From positions 5,914-69,913 of the forward strand of contig CAUQYZ010000003.1 of the NCBI GenBank assembly GCA_963522845.1: a DNA stretch of 64,000 nt, in the 5' to 3' direction. The notes under the pieces were generated by a model. The model ran no database searches and was not told where the DNA came from. It saw only the letters and a list, made by a program, of their open reading frames with translations. Shown piece by piece: positions 54,814 through 64,000 of the stretch (positions are counted from its first letter, which is position 1; the number at the start of each line of letters is the position of its first letter). The DNA is from an uncultured Candidatus Saccharibacteria bacterium. Lineage in GTDB: Bacteria; Patescibacteriota; Saccharimonadia; Saccharimonadales; Saccharimonadaceae. Position numbers and translations under genes: made by a program.

Positions 54814-56085
54814 CTACTCGTCGTTCCAATTGCGGGGAGTGAAGCGTGGTCGCTTGGCCGGCTTAGTGTCTTTGCCTTTGGCTGCTGTTTTCTTGCCGCT
54901 GACCACCGCCTCGGTTTCTTCGGCGATGACCAGCTCTTCGTTAGTGCGGATAGCCATGATCACGGGTGTGTCTTTCTCTGATATCACTCCATCCAGCCCA
55001 TTGCGTCCACGAATTCGTCTATTTTGATCCTTATCTATCTGATAGTTAAACACCTTGAGATGCTCGACGATCCCCGCTCGTAGCCCCGAAGCGTTCTCGC
55101 CGGCACCGGCGGTGAAGATGAGGGCATCTACTCTAGGCAGCGCCACCATCATAGCGGCAATATTCTTAGCGATACTATAGGCCAGTGTCTCCATGGCGAT
55201 GGCTGACTTCTCGTCGCCTTTAGTAGCAGCGGCCGAGACTTCTCGCTGGTCACTGCTGAAGCCTGACATGCCAAGCAGCCCCGAACGGTGGTTCAGATCA
55301 TCGACTATCTCCTCGGCGCTCTCGCCCAGTCGATCCATCATATAAGGAATAATGGCCGGGTCAACTGAGCCGGCTCTGGTGCACATGACGATACCGTCCA
55401 GTGGGGTGAAGCCCATGGTGGTATCGACTGATTGACCATTGAGCACTGCCGCCAGCGAGGCGCCACTGCCGATATGAGCGATGACGAAAGCGCTATCTTC
55501 TATCGGTATATTGAGGAGCTGGGCGGCCCGATTGCTGACGTACTTGTAGCTAGTGCCGTGAAAGCCGTAGCGTCGGACACCGTAATCTTGATACCAGTCA
55601 TCAGGCACGGCGTAGCGGAAGGCGTACTCGGGCATAGTACTGTGAAAAGCAGTGTCAAAGACGGCTACCTGAGGTAGCTCGGGCATAACCTTCATGGCGG
55701 CTCGCATAGCAGCGGCAGCCGGTGGATTGTGTAAGGGGGCGTAGGGCTTCAGCGCCTCAATCTCGTCGACTATCTTGTCAGTCAGGCGGACCGGATGGGT
55801 GAACTTATCGATACCGTTTACCACTCTGTGCCCCACCGCCATGACGGTACGCTTGAGTCCTCGCTCCTCCAGCTCGTCAAATAGGCGCTGCATTGCTCCC
55901 TCGAAAGACGGGTCGTCCAGCTTGTCCGTCTCCTTGGCGTCATTAGCCTTGATGGTGAAGTTAGCTCGGGGCGTCTTCAGCTCCTCGGCGATACCCTTGG
56001 CGATGACTTGATGGGTGGCGGTGTCTAGCAGCGAGAACTTGAGCGAAGAACTGCCGCTATTGATGACGAGAATACTACTTTCCAT
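54814..56085 (-). CDS. ackA: Acetate kinase
   Basis: ILVINSGSSSLKF, GHRVV, APLHNP, FDTAFH, RRYGFHGTSY, TNEEL. Confidence 0.97.
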   Translation of the reverse strand: MESSILVINSGSSSLKFSLLDTATHQVIAKGIAEELKTPRANFTIKANDAKETDKLDDPSFEGAMQRLFDELEERGLKRTVMAVGHRVVNGIDKFTHPVRLTDKIVDEIEALKPYAPLHNPPAAAAMRAAMKVMPELPQVAVFDTAFHSTMPEYAFRYAVPDDWYQDYGVRRYGFHGTSYKYVSNRAAQLLNIPIEDSAFVIAHIGSGASLAAVLNGQSVDTTMGFTPLDGIVMCTRAGSVDPAIIPYMMDRLGESAEEIVDDLNHRSGLLGMSGFSSDQREVSAAATKGDEKSAIAMETLAYSIAKNIAAMMVALPRVDALIFTAGAGENASGLRAGIVEHLKVFNYQIDKDQNRRIRGRNGLDGVISEKDTPVIMAIRTNEELVIAEETEAVVSGKKTAAKGKDTKPAKRPRFTPRNWNDE

Positions 56086-56108
56086 ATGTCCATATTCTAC
56101 CATAGCCC

Positions 56109-57374
56109 ATGGCTGATATAATATCTAGCGTGAATCAGTCAAGCTTTGGCTTCCGGATAGTGTCTCGGGGTGATGCTCGCTATCCGTTGATGCGAGCCGG
56201 CGTCATTCGTACGCCACATGGCGATATCAAGACGCCGAACTTTAACTTAGTCGGGACGATGGGCTCGGTGCGGTTCTTGCCGCCGTCAGACATGCGGACG
56301 GTCGGGGCGCAGGTCATGCTGAGCAATGGCTACCATCTGTATCGTCGAGCGACTGTCATCTCGGCTAGCGGTGGATTGGCTCAGTGGTCGGGTTGGCAGG
56401 GTCCAACCTTCACTGACTCGGGCGGCTTTCAGGTAATGTCGCTGGGGTCGGGTCTAGGTAAGGTGATTTCAATGGCGGGTGACAAAGCTGACCAAGGCGA
56501 GCTACGTGAGCCGGATGAGCGTCTGGCGCTGGTCGATGAAGAGGGGGTGGAGTTTCGTGATCCATTTAGCGGTCGAATCATCAAGTTTACCCCCGAGATA
56601 TCAATCGCCACCCAGCACAAGATCGGAGCGGATGTGATGATGTCTTTTGATGAGCTGACTAATATCAATGATACTTATGAGTATAATGTCCGCTCGCTGG
56701 AGCGGACTAGGTGCTGGGCAGAGCGTGGGCTAGCTGAGCATATCAGACAGACGGCTCTACGTTCGGATCGCCCCTACCAGGCTCTCTATGGAGTACTTCA
56801 GGGTAGCTATTTTCTCGACTTGAGGCGTCAGGCAGCTCGAGATATCTCAAGGATGAACATCAACGGTCACTATTTCGACGGCTTCGGGCTAGGTGGCGCA
56901 CTAGACAAAGCGAACCTGAGCGAGATTTTAGAGGCGATGAATGAAATCTTACCCGCCGACAAACCTCGCCATTTGCTGGGGCTAAGTCACCCTGACGATA
57001 TCTTCGTCGGCGTAGAAGCCGGGGTGGATACATTTGACTGCGTAGCGCCGACTCGGGAGGCTCGCCACGGGCGAATATATACCCCGGACGGTAATTATAA
57101 TATCAAGCGATCAATGTATCGGGATGACACACGGGTACTAGCTCCGGGTTGCGACTGCCCGACCTGTCGGGCAGGTCATACCAGGGCCGAGCTACGAGCT
57201 CTGCTCAAATCAGCTGAGCATACTGAACGAGCTAGGGCGTTTAATCTGCTGACGGCACACAATACTCGCTTTATCATCCGGTTGTGTGAGCAGATACGCC
57301 GGGCTATCATGGATGGTAGCTACCGGCAATTTCGTGATGACTTTTGTCGTCGATATTACCGGGCTAATGCTTAG
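56109..57374 (+). CDS. tgt: tRNA-guanine transglycosylase
   Basis: TDSGGFQVMSL, KPRHLLG, GVDTFDCVAPTR, CDCPTC zinc site. Confidence 0.95.
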   Translation: MADIISSVNQSSFGFRIVSRGDARYPLMRAGVIRTPHGDIKTPNFNLVGTMGSVRFLPPSDMRTVGAQVMLSNGYHLYRRATVISASGGLAQWSGWQGPTFTDSGGFQVMSLGSGLGKVISMAGDKADQGELREPDERLALVDEEGVEFRDPFSGRIIKFTPEISIATQHKIGADVMMSFDELTNINDTYEYNVRSLERTRCWAERGLAEHIRQTALRSDRPYQALYGVLQGSYFLDLRRQAARDISRMNINGHYFDGFGLGGALDKANLSEILEAMNEILPADKPRHLLGLSHPDDIFVGVEAGVDTFDCVAPTREARHGRIYTPDGNYNIKRSMYRDDTRVLAPGCDCPTCRAGHTRAELRALLKSAEHTERARAFNLLTAHNTRFIIRLCEQIRRAIMDGSYRQFRDDFCRRYYRANA

Positions 57375-58626
57375 AGCGCCTACCTGGTCGACGACGACGT
57401 CTCTGGCCACGGTCATTACCCAGGGGCGGAATGATATCCAGCTCCGGTCCGATGTATTTGCGATCAGCCGGCACGAAGATGACCGGCGCGCTGGATACAC
57501 CGGCAAGGTGCGCTTCACTGGAGCCATCTTGACTTACCTCGCCTCGCCCATGTGACTGCAGGAAATCACGCATCAGGATGATGACGCAACCGGACAGCGG
57601 AATGGCGATCATCGCTCCGAGCAGCCCACCAGCTTGCATCCCCAGAGTCATAGAGACTAGGATGATCAGAGCGGAGGTCTCCATGTGCCTGGACTGGATT
57701 CGAGGCTGGACGAAATTATTTTCAATCTGCTGCTCAATGGTGAAGACGATGGCGTAGATAATGGCAGCCGGCGGAGAGTACACCAGCAAAATCAGGGTAA
57801 CAATCGTGCCGCCGATGACGGCGCCAAACATCGGCACGAAGATCATCATAAAGATGGTGATCCAGGCTGGCCAGACCAGGCTGATATCAAAACGAAAGAC
57901 TGTAGCTAAGATGCCGACTACTACGGCGGTAAAAGTACCACTGATCACCCCGACTGTTGCCTGCCCGACCATGTAGCCACTGATGACATCGTACATCTTG
58001 CGAGCCATCTGTCGGTGGCGTCGACGACGAGTTGGATTAGTATAAGCCAGACGCCAGAACTTCTCTTCCCAGTTCGGTCCTTCGACTAGCATGAAAAAGG
58101 TGGCGAAGAGTACCAGACAGGTATTGCCTAAGACGACGAAGATGTTAGACAGGGCATCGAAGAAGGCTGCCCCCATGTTGCTGGTGGCGTGTCTCAGCTG
58201 CGCCCCGGCGTCAACCAGCCATTGGTTAAACTGATCGGTCAGATGATAATGAGCTAATAAACTACCCAGCCAGCTCGACTCTTGCTTTAGGTGATTGACC
58301 ATGCTAGGTAGATTAGCGAGGAACGAAGACAGCTGACGAGCGAAGATCGGCACTATGGTAAGTAGCAAGACGCCGATCATAACTGCAATAATTAAGTAAG
58401 CGATGAAGATGGCCACGGTGCGGGACTTGCCCGGCAAGTAACGGGCGATGAAAGAGACGGGGCGATTAAGCACCAGTGCCATGAAGAACGAGATGGCTAA
58501 CATGGCGAGAGGCATCCGAGCTGCCCAGCAAACTAAAGCTAATGTAATGAACCCCAGAATCACCAGCCAGAACCGAATAAAAGTCTTAGTGCTAATGGTC
58601 AGCTCGACATCAGGTGATTGCTTCAT
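57364..58626 (-). CDS. AI-2E family transporter
   Basis: LNRPV, FVPMFG, QQIENNFVQPRI, GAMIAIPL. Confidence 0.9.
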   Translation of the reverse strand: MKQSPDVELTISTKTFIRFWLVILGFITLALVCWAARMPLAMLAISFFMALVLNRPVSFIARYLPGKSRTVAIFIAYLIIAVMIGVLLLTIVPIFARQLSSFLANLPSMVNHLKQESSWLGSLLAHYHLTDQFNQWLVDAGAQLRHATSNMGAAFFDALSNIFVVLGNTCLVLFATFFMLVEGPNWEEKFWRLAYTNPTRRRRHRQMARKMYDVISGYMVGQATVGVISGTFTAVVVGILATVFRFDISLVWPAWITIFMMIFVPMFGAVIGGTIVTLILLVYSPPAAIIYAIVFTIEQQIENNFVQPRIQSRHMETSALIILVSMTLGMQAGGLLGAMIAIPLSGCVIILMRDFLQSHGRGEVSQDGSSEAHLAGVSSAPVIFVPADRKYIGPELDIIPPLGNDRGQRRRRRPGRRSKH

Positions 58627-58671
58627 GCTACCAGTCTAACACAAGAGGAGCGCCGGGGGCTATTTTAGAAC

Positions 58672-59010
58672 CTAGCGATACTTAGCGAGTATGTAAACGT
58701 TGTGCGGGTCGGTATCATCTTGGGCGAAGAAGGCTGACAGAGTTCCCTCGCTGCCTTTACTTTGTACGCCGGTCTTAGGCGGAACCAGCTTGACCTCCTC
58801 GGCGCTAAATATCTCGCTGATTATCCTTATCGCCTCGGCATCGTTATAGATATAGTCGGCTTTGATCATGGCATATTTATCGTCCGGCGTAGAAGGAACC
58901 AGCTCGTATACTTTAATATCCGGCGAATAGTCGATTCGGGTAGTTACACTGAAATGCCGATCGGCCGCCAGGTCAAAGTTGCTAGTGATGGTGCTGATTT
59001 GATTAGTCAT
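58672..59010 (-). CDS. Hypothetical protein
   Basis: Coupled to the cysS stop. Confidence 0.65.
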   Translation of the reverse strand: MTNQISTITSNFDLAADRHFSVTTRIDYSPDIKVYELVPSTPDDKYAMIKADYIYNDAEAIRIISEIFSAEEVKLVPPKTGVQSKGSEGTLSAFFAQDDTDPHNVYILAKYR

Positions 59011-60415
59011 TGTTTCTACTCCAAATAGGCGTAACGCCGTCGTTAATAGTGATGTGACGATCAGCCAGCCGATCTCGTAGTCGGTCAGACTCAGCCCAGT
59101 CCTTCTCCCCCCTTGCCTTTTGACGCTGAGCGATAAGCTCGTAGTCTTCGGGCGGGATGTCGGGCGTGGTCTCCCCTACTTTAATACCGAGAAGCTGATC
59201 GCCGGTTTCGATGAGCAGATCTAGGGCAGCTAGGTCAGTCTGATCTGGGCTAAATAGATTGTATGCTTGGTCGAGATATCGAAGAGCGCCGGGAGTGTCG
59301 AGGTCGTTTTCTAGAGCAGAGGTCAGCTCTTCAACTAGCTGATGAACTTGCTCGGTTTGTTCCTGGCTGGGATTATCTGATGCTTGCCAGCGCAGAACGG
59401 CGACCTCTTGCCAGTGATGGCGTCGATTGCAAGCGGCGGTTAGGCTTTGCCAGCTGAAGTTAGTGGCACTACGATAATGTGACTGCAAGACCAGTACCCG
59501 AAAATCAAGCGGGCTATAATTTCTGCTAACTAGGTCGGGCAAGGTAAAGAAGTTGTGGGCTGATTTCGACATCTTCGCACCGTCGACCAGTAAATGCTCG
59601 TTATGGACGAAGAAGTTGGCGTAAAGCTCGGGCTGATCGCCGGCTGTACTCTGAGCAATCTCGTTCTCGTGGTGCGGAAAGATGAGATCGACCCCGCCGG
59701 TGTGGATATCGAAAGGTTGCCCTAGGTTGTGGCTGCTCATGACTGAGCATTCAATGTGCCAGCCGGGACGACCGGCTAGGTGAGTACCGTCAGTCAGGGT
59801 GAAATCCCAAGCCGGCTCGCCGGGCTTTTGCTTTTTCCAGAGGGCAAAATCGCTCGGATTGTCCTTGTCATATTCGTCGTTCACGATTCTCTCTTGGTGG
59901 TGGCTATGTAGGTCGATATGAGACAGCTGACCATATTGACGCTTCTTGGCGTATGTATCGACTGAGAAATAGATGCCGTCACTAGCGACATAAGCTACCT
60001 TCTGCTCCAGTAGCTTCAGGATAAGCCGCTGGATCTCGGCGATGCTGTCGGTGGCTTTGACCAGGGTGATATCGTCGACGCTGTTGCCCACCGCCCTCAT
60101 CTCATCAAGAAAGATCTGCTGATAATGACCGGTCAAGCGTCGAAGTGCCTGCCTCGGCGGCTGGTCGGGATATTTAGCTAGTGAGTCTCTGATGGTCTTG
60201 TCATCAACGTCGGTAATATTCATCACATGCTTAGTGGTGCCGAAGCACTGTCTGAGCGTCCGACGCAAGATGTCGGCGTAAATGTACGAGCTTAGATTGC
60301 CGATATGAGCGTGGTTATAAACCGTCGGACCGCAAGAATACATCCGGACGGAGTCGGGATGAAGTGGCGTGAACTGCTGGAGCTTATGCCCTCTGGTATT
60401 AAATAGCCGCATCAT
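59003..60415 (-). CDS. cysS: Cysteine--tRNA ligase
   Basis: [32 protein letters not shown]. Confidence 0.97.
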   Translation of the reverse strand: MMRLFNTRGHKLQQFTPLHPDSVRMYSCGPTVYNHAHIGNLSSYIYADILRRTLRQCFGTTKHVMNITDVDDKTIRDSLAKYPDQPPRQALRRLTGHYQQIFLDEMRAVGNSVDDITLVKATDSIAEIQRLILKLLEQKVAYVASDGIYFSVDTYAKKRQYGQLSHIDLHSHHQERIVNDEYDKDNPSDFALWKKQKPGEPAWDFTLTDGTHLAGRPGWHIECSVMSSHNLGQPFDIHTGGVDLIFPHHENEIAQSTAGDQPELYANFFVHNEHLLVDGAKMSKSAHNFFTLPDLVSRNYSPLDFRVLVLQSHYRSATNFSWQSLTAACNRRHHWQEVAVLRWQASDNPSQEQTEQVHQLVEELTSALENDLDTPGALRYLDQAYNLFSPDQTDLAALDLLIETGDQLLGIKVGETTPDIPPEDYELIAQRQKARGEKDWAESDRLRDRLADRHITINDGVTPIWSRNND

Positions 60416-61541
60416 CGCTCCTTTGCCTGATTCGGAAGCTCCCTAGCTTGGCCTGATCAAGGCTAGCGTGACTTCCCTTTTCAGCTGCTTGCTCCGCCTT
60501 AGCTAAGGCGTTGTCAACATTCCGACTTGCTTCGTCCTCACCCACCCCAGCATCGTACTCCCGGTAGACCTGGGTCAGCTGGTCGGTCAGGTCCGGCAGG
60601 AAGTCATCTAGACTGGCGTAAGTACGAAAGCCGGCAGCGTATGGATGTCCGTCGCCACCGAAGCGCTTGGCTAGCAAGTTAGACACGGGGATGTTGGAGC
60701 GGATCTTACCGGTCAGCTTATCGTCGGGATAAGTCTTGATACCGATGGCGACATCGACACCGGTCACTTGGCGCATCTCGTCAATCACCAGCATGGTCGG
60801 GTTGTATTCGTTGCTATACTCATGAATTTCCTCAAACGGTATATGGATAAAGGCGGTGCGGCCGTCATTTAGATAGTCGATGCGTTCAATCAATTTACCC
60901 TTGTAGCTCAAGATGCGGGGCGACTTCTTCATCAGCTCTCGCCTAGCCTCTTCGACCTTAGCTGGACTGGCGCCAAGCCGGACTAGACCGGCACAAGTCT
61001 CGAAACTATCGGCGGTAGTTGACTCGGTTGATAGCCCCAGGGAGTCGGCTTGAATAGAGATGAAAAGGTCAGTAGCAGCCATTTGGGATATCGCCCAGCC
61101 TTCCTCTTTAGCGATGGTGTAGATTAGCTCGCCGGTGGCAACCGCCCTATCGCTAAAGATGTACTCCGCCTCGAAAGGCAGATCCGGCTCGACGCCGACA
61201 TGGTGGTCAAGGACGATGGCGGGGTGAGTGGTGAAGAAATTCATCACCGCCGGGTTGTCAATTGTCTTGCTCATCAGCGTCTTAGATGAAGTGTCAACGA
61301 TGATGGCGATATCTGCCCCGGTCGGGAAATCGTTGGTCACTCTGCTCCAGCCCTCAATGTAGCGCAGGTAGGTCGGTATCTGAACGGGGCAGTGCATGGT
61401 CACCGCCTTGCCCTGCTCGGCAAGAATCTCCTCCAGGGCCAAGGCTGAGCCGAGCGAGTCGCCGTCAGGGTTCTCAGCTTGGCAGACCACGACTGACTCT
61501 GCATGCTCAATCAGCTGACGAACCCGGTCGGTTAGAATCAT
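60399..61541 (-). CDS. DHH/DHHA1 phosphoesterase (NrnA-like)
   Basis: NPDGDSLGS, VDTS, LDHH, FGGDGHPYAAG. Confidence 0.92.
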   Translation of the reverse strand: MILTDRVRQLIEHAESVVVCQAENPDGDSLGSALALEEILAEQGKAVTMHCPVQIPTYLRYIEGWSRVTNDFPTGADIAIIVDTSSKTLMSKTIDNPAVMNFFTTHPAIVLDHHVGVEPDLPFEAEYIFSDRAVATGELIYTIAKEEGWAISQMAATDLFISIQADSLGLSTESTTADSFETCAGLVRLGASPAKVEEARRELMKKSPRILSYKGKLIERIDYLNDGRTAFIHIPFEEIHEYSNEYNPTMLVIDEMRQVTGVDVAIGIKTYPDDKLTGKIRSNIPVSNLLAKRFGGDGHPYAAGFRTYASLDDFLPDLTDQLTQVYREYDAGVGEDEASRNVDNALAKAEQAAEKGSHASLDQAKLGSFRIRQRSDDAAI

Positions 61542-61591
61542 AGGGCTATTATACCATCTTTGGGGTGCCATCAGAGCTCGAAATGAACTCT

Positions 61592-62572
61592 TTAGCGAGA
61601 CGCTCCGCCGCTAGGTGACTTATCAGTATAGTCATCTTCCCGGCGGGGTTGATAGCTGATCTCGGTAAGCTCCAGCTTAGTCAGCACCTGCCTGATATTG
61701 GCCGCCGTCAAAAGAGAGCTTACTCCGGCCTGCCCGGTCAGTACGTTTAGGTCGCTGTGGATGTCGATTAACGTCCGGTCATCGATCAACTCTTTGAGAC
61801 GAGTAGCCAGTCCGTCCAAGGACGACTGGTTTGGTGTCGGGAGTGAAGCGAGAGCGCTACTTAGTCGCTGTTTGATTCGGCGATGAATTGGGCGTCGACG
61901 CAGGAGGAAGCTCTGCCTGAGGGTGACTTGCTCTTTAGAGCCATCAATGATGGCGCCATCGGGGTACAATCCCAGGTCAGCGATCGTTTGCCTGATTGTC
62001 TGCCACCAGACACCCCGGGCAATGAGCCGAAAAATGATCATCTCCGCTACTGTCGGGTTCGTCACTACCAAGCTGGTAGTCATCTTTTCGAATAGCTCAG
62101 GTCGACGCCTCATCCGAAAGAGACCCCGGTGACAATTCTCTTCATCCGGCTCCGGTGTATAGATCAGTCGGTCTAGCTGATCCGAGGGAATGAATCTCAT
62201 CCTGGCCAGTTGATCCAGCTCAGCTTGCAACCCTGTCCAATTCATCGCTGTGTAGCGAGTGCCCAGCTCAGCTTCGACTTCGCCGAGACAGCTGCGTATT
62301 ACGGTGTCGGGGATGGCTCGACCGGACTGAGTAACGTATTCGTCTATCGCCGGCACCATATCAGTACGGCAGTCAACTGCTAGATAAATGTAATGAAGAA
62401 AGCTCTCGCCGCCGACGTAACTAGCCGGGTATGGCGGCGTCGGATAATGCTCGACCAGGAATCGGTCAAGTTGATGAATGAAGCAGTGCTCGTAGAGATG
62501 AATAACCCGTTCGTCAATATCGCCATCAACATACAGCCAGTAGTGACGAGTAATCGGTCGAGGACTAATCAT
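61592..62572 (-). CDS. M16-peptidase-like protein
   Basis: HLYEH (HxxEH inverted zinc motif) near the N-terminus. Confidence 0.55.
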   Translation of the reverse strand: MISPRPITRHYWLYVDGDIDERVIHLYEHCFIHQLDRFLVEHYPTPPYPASYVGGESFLHYIYLAVDCRTDMVPAIDEYVTQSGRAIPDTVIRSCLGEVEAELGTRYTAMNWTGLQAELDQLARMRFIPSDQLDRLIYTPEPDEENCHRGLFRMRRRPELFEKMTTSLVVTNPTVAEMIIFRLIARGVWWQTIRQTIADLGLYPDGAIIDGSKEQVTLRQSFLLRRRPIHRRIKQRLSSALASLPTPNQSSLDGLATRLKELIDDRTLIDIHSDLNVLTGQAGVSSLLTAANIRQVLTKLELTEISYQPRREDDYTDKSPSGGASR

Positions 62573-63569
62573 TCTCTCCTCCGTCGAGAATTAATGGCTG
62601 GAAGCTGCCGGCGGGTACTTGATCATAGCTAATCCACCAGAGGGATACCCCGGCTATGGCGTCAAGAATGCGATGAGGCGATAGATAGCTCCCCAGCTGA
62701 CTATCGGGTATGATGATGCCGAGATTACGATAAGTGTCGCCCGGCTCCGGTGAGCTCCAACCCTGACAATGGCGCCGGATGGCCGACCTGATATTACGGT
62801 GCATTTGCCGAGGTGAGTTGACTGCCAAGCGTTGGGCTTGGTCAAGCTGGTCAAGCACGGCTTGCTTGATCCTGCGGTGATGACGGCGGTCGTCTCGGAT
62901 GATAAGGCGATAGTGCAGGACGACTTCGTCGTCATAGTCGTAGCAAGTATTTTCCCTAAGATGACCGCCATACTGAACTAAGCCTTGTTCGACATAGCTA
63001 GCCAGAATGTATAGCAGCACCGGGGCGATGACTCTATTCGACACTTGACCATCCAGTCGGAAAGATACAGTGACAGAGGAAAAGGAACGTTCGGCTCGCC
63101 GTAGCTGCAGCCAGTCCGGCTTAGTGTAGCTGACCAGCGGTGATTGGTCGGTGCCGGTTTCAACTACACCGCCACTGAGGTCTAGCTTGGTGAAGGGGCG
63201 ACGTAATAGCTCGGCTAGCTTTTCGCTCAGTCTATCCCGGCTGTCGACTCGAGCTATCTGCCCTGTCTCGGTCTCGGTCCGGCTGAGGCTAAGGTGTATC
63301 AGCTCCTCAGACAAGGCTACTGAGGGCATCTCGTTGATGATCTGCTCTATCTGCCCTACTGCCTGATCGTCATACAGCCGGACATTAATGGTGGCTCGCC
63401 GGCTATTAAAGTTAACCATCAGGATGCAGATGGCGCTGGGAATGAGGCGATATCTTTCGATCAGCTCTCGCTGGATATATAGGTAAACATAATGACAAAG
63501 GGTGTCTGCCGGGTAGACATTAGTCCGATCAAGCGGCAGATAGTAGAATAAATGCTTTTCGGTTGACAT
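62565..63569 (-). CDS. Hypothetical protein, probable degenerate paralog of 61592-62572
   Basis: Similar size and shared HRRIKQ segment; lacks HxxEH. Confidence 0.55.
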   Translation of the reverse strand: MSTEKHLFYYLPLDRTNVYPADTLCHYVYLYIQRELIERYRLIPSAICILMVNFNSRRATINVRLYDDQAVGQIEQIINEMPSVALSEELIHLSLSRTETETGQIARVDSRDRLSEKLAELLRRPFTKLDLSGGVVETGTDQSPLVSYTKPDWLQLRRAERSFSSVTVSFRLDGQVSNRVIAPVLLYILASYVEQGLVQYGGHLRENTCYDYDDEVVLHYRLIIRDDRRHHRRIKQAVLDQLDQAQRLAVNSPRQMHRNIRSAIRRHCQGWSSPEPGDTYRNLGIIIPDSQLGSYLSPHRILDAIAGVSLWWISYDQVPAGSFQPLILDGGEND

Positions 63570-63626
63570 AATCCTTTTAGGAAAATGGCAAGACCCGCAG
63601 GTCTTGCCGTAAATAGGGGCTAGTAA

Positions 63627-63770
63627 TTAGTGTTTAAATTGATGACCGCTGTGACTTATCTCGCCTCCGTTATGGACATTGCTTCCATTTCTGAACTTTT
63701 TTGACTTTCCATTATTCGAGCCAGAGTTCTTCTTCGGTCTCTCCTTTGACTTTTTTCTATTGTCTTCCAC
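63627..63770 (-). CDS. 47-aa basic peptide
   Basis: SD GGAGG plus GTG; VEDNRKKSKERPKKNSG…; followed by hairpin GGCAAGACC/GGTCTTGCC plus T run. Confidence 0.4.
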   Translation of the reverse strand: MEDNRKKSKERPKKNSGSNNGKSKKFRNGSNVHNGGEISHSGHQFKH

Positions 63771-63912
63771 GACTAGCCTCCAATGTACGAGGATGCAATG
63801 CATCCCTACCCACCGAATTGATTAGTGGGGCTATGTGCTATTATACACGAGAGAGTGCTTAAGTGATAATCTTGTATTAATTGCGTAATCTTCTCTACGA
63901 TATAATGTACTC

Positions 63913-64000
63913 ATGCTAAGGCGAGGATGGTCGAAAAGATGGCAAGTGTTTGTCCTAGGGGCGCTAATCGGTTTGATCGTCTTCGGTTTTCTCTATGGCT
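63913..64000 (+). CDS. Start of a membrane or secreted protein (runs off the window)
   Basis: TATAAT 6 nt before ATG; MLRRGWSKRWQVFVLGALIGLIVFGFLYG. Confidence 0.6.
   Translation, partial: MLRRGWSKRWQVFVLGALIGLIVFGFLYG

Noticed and set aside
1..64000. CRISPR array, cas genes, IS elements, rRNA
   Set aside because: No regularly spaced repeats, transposase or rRNA-like sequence seen

Overview
Bacterial chromosome segment. The gene content and compact layout suggest a CPR bacterium, probably Candidatus Saccharibacteria; this is an inference and no search was run. Host genes flank a complete-looking 28.3-kb siphovirus-type prophage. They include dus, a UvrD-nuclease fusion, ABC exporters, an rlmD-like gene, pullulanase, glucan phosphorylase, Rrf2-YhgE/Pip, ackA, tgt, cysS and a DHH phosphoesterase. 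The prophage is integrated at tRNA-Gln(UUG) and bounded by a 103-bp direct repeat (25439-25541 / 53743-53845) that duplicates the whole tRNA and its -10 box. Main observations: (1) no recognisable protein repressor, but a ~90-nt promoter-to-terminator sRNA (51999-52088) whose 5' end is perfectly complementary over 22 nt to a hairpin in the structured early-operon leader, with a second partial site, suggesting RNA-based immunity; (2) a tail-fibre C-terminal switch made of two convergent cassettes between perfect 62-bp inverted repeats (32441-32502 / 33302-33363), in frame, with no invertase nearby; (3) a 22-bp motif repeated three times ahead of late gene blocks; (4) a pseudoknot-capable leader RNA before the protease-capsid gene; (5) a relocated portal-MuF fusion and a moron inside the tail module. 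Outside the phage there is an AT-rich ABC exporter plus a secreted 4-Cys peptide, facing a GC-richer paralogous ABC pair, and many host genes look leaderless.
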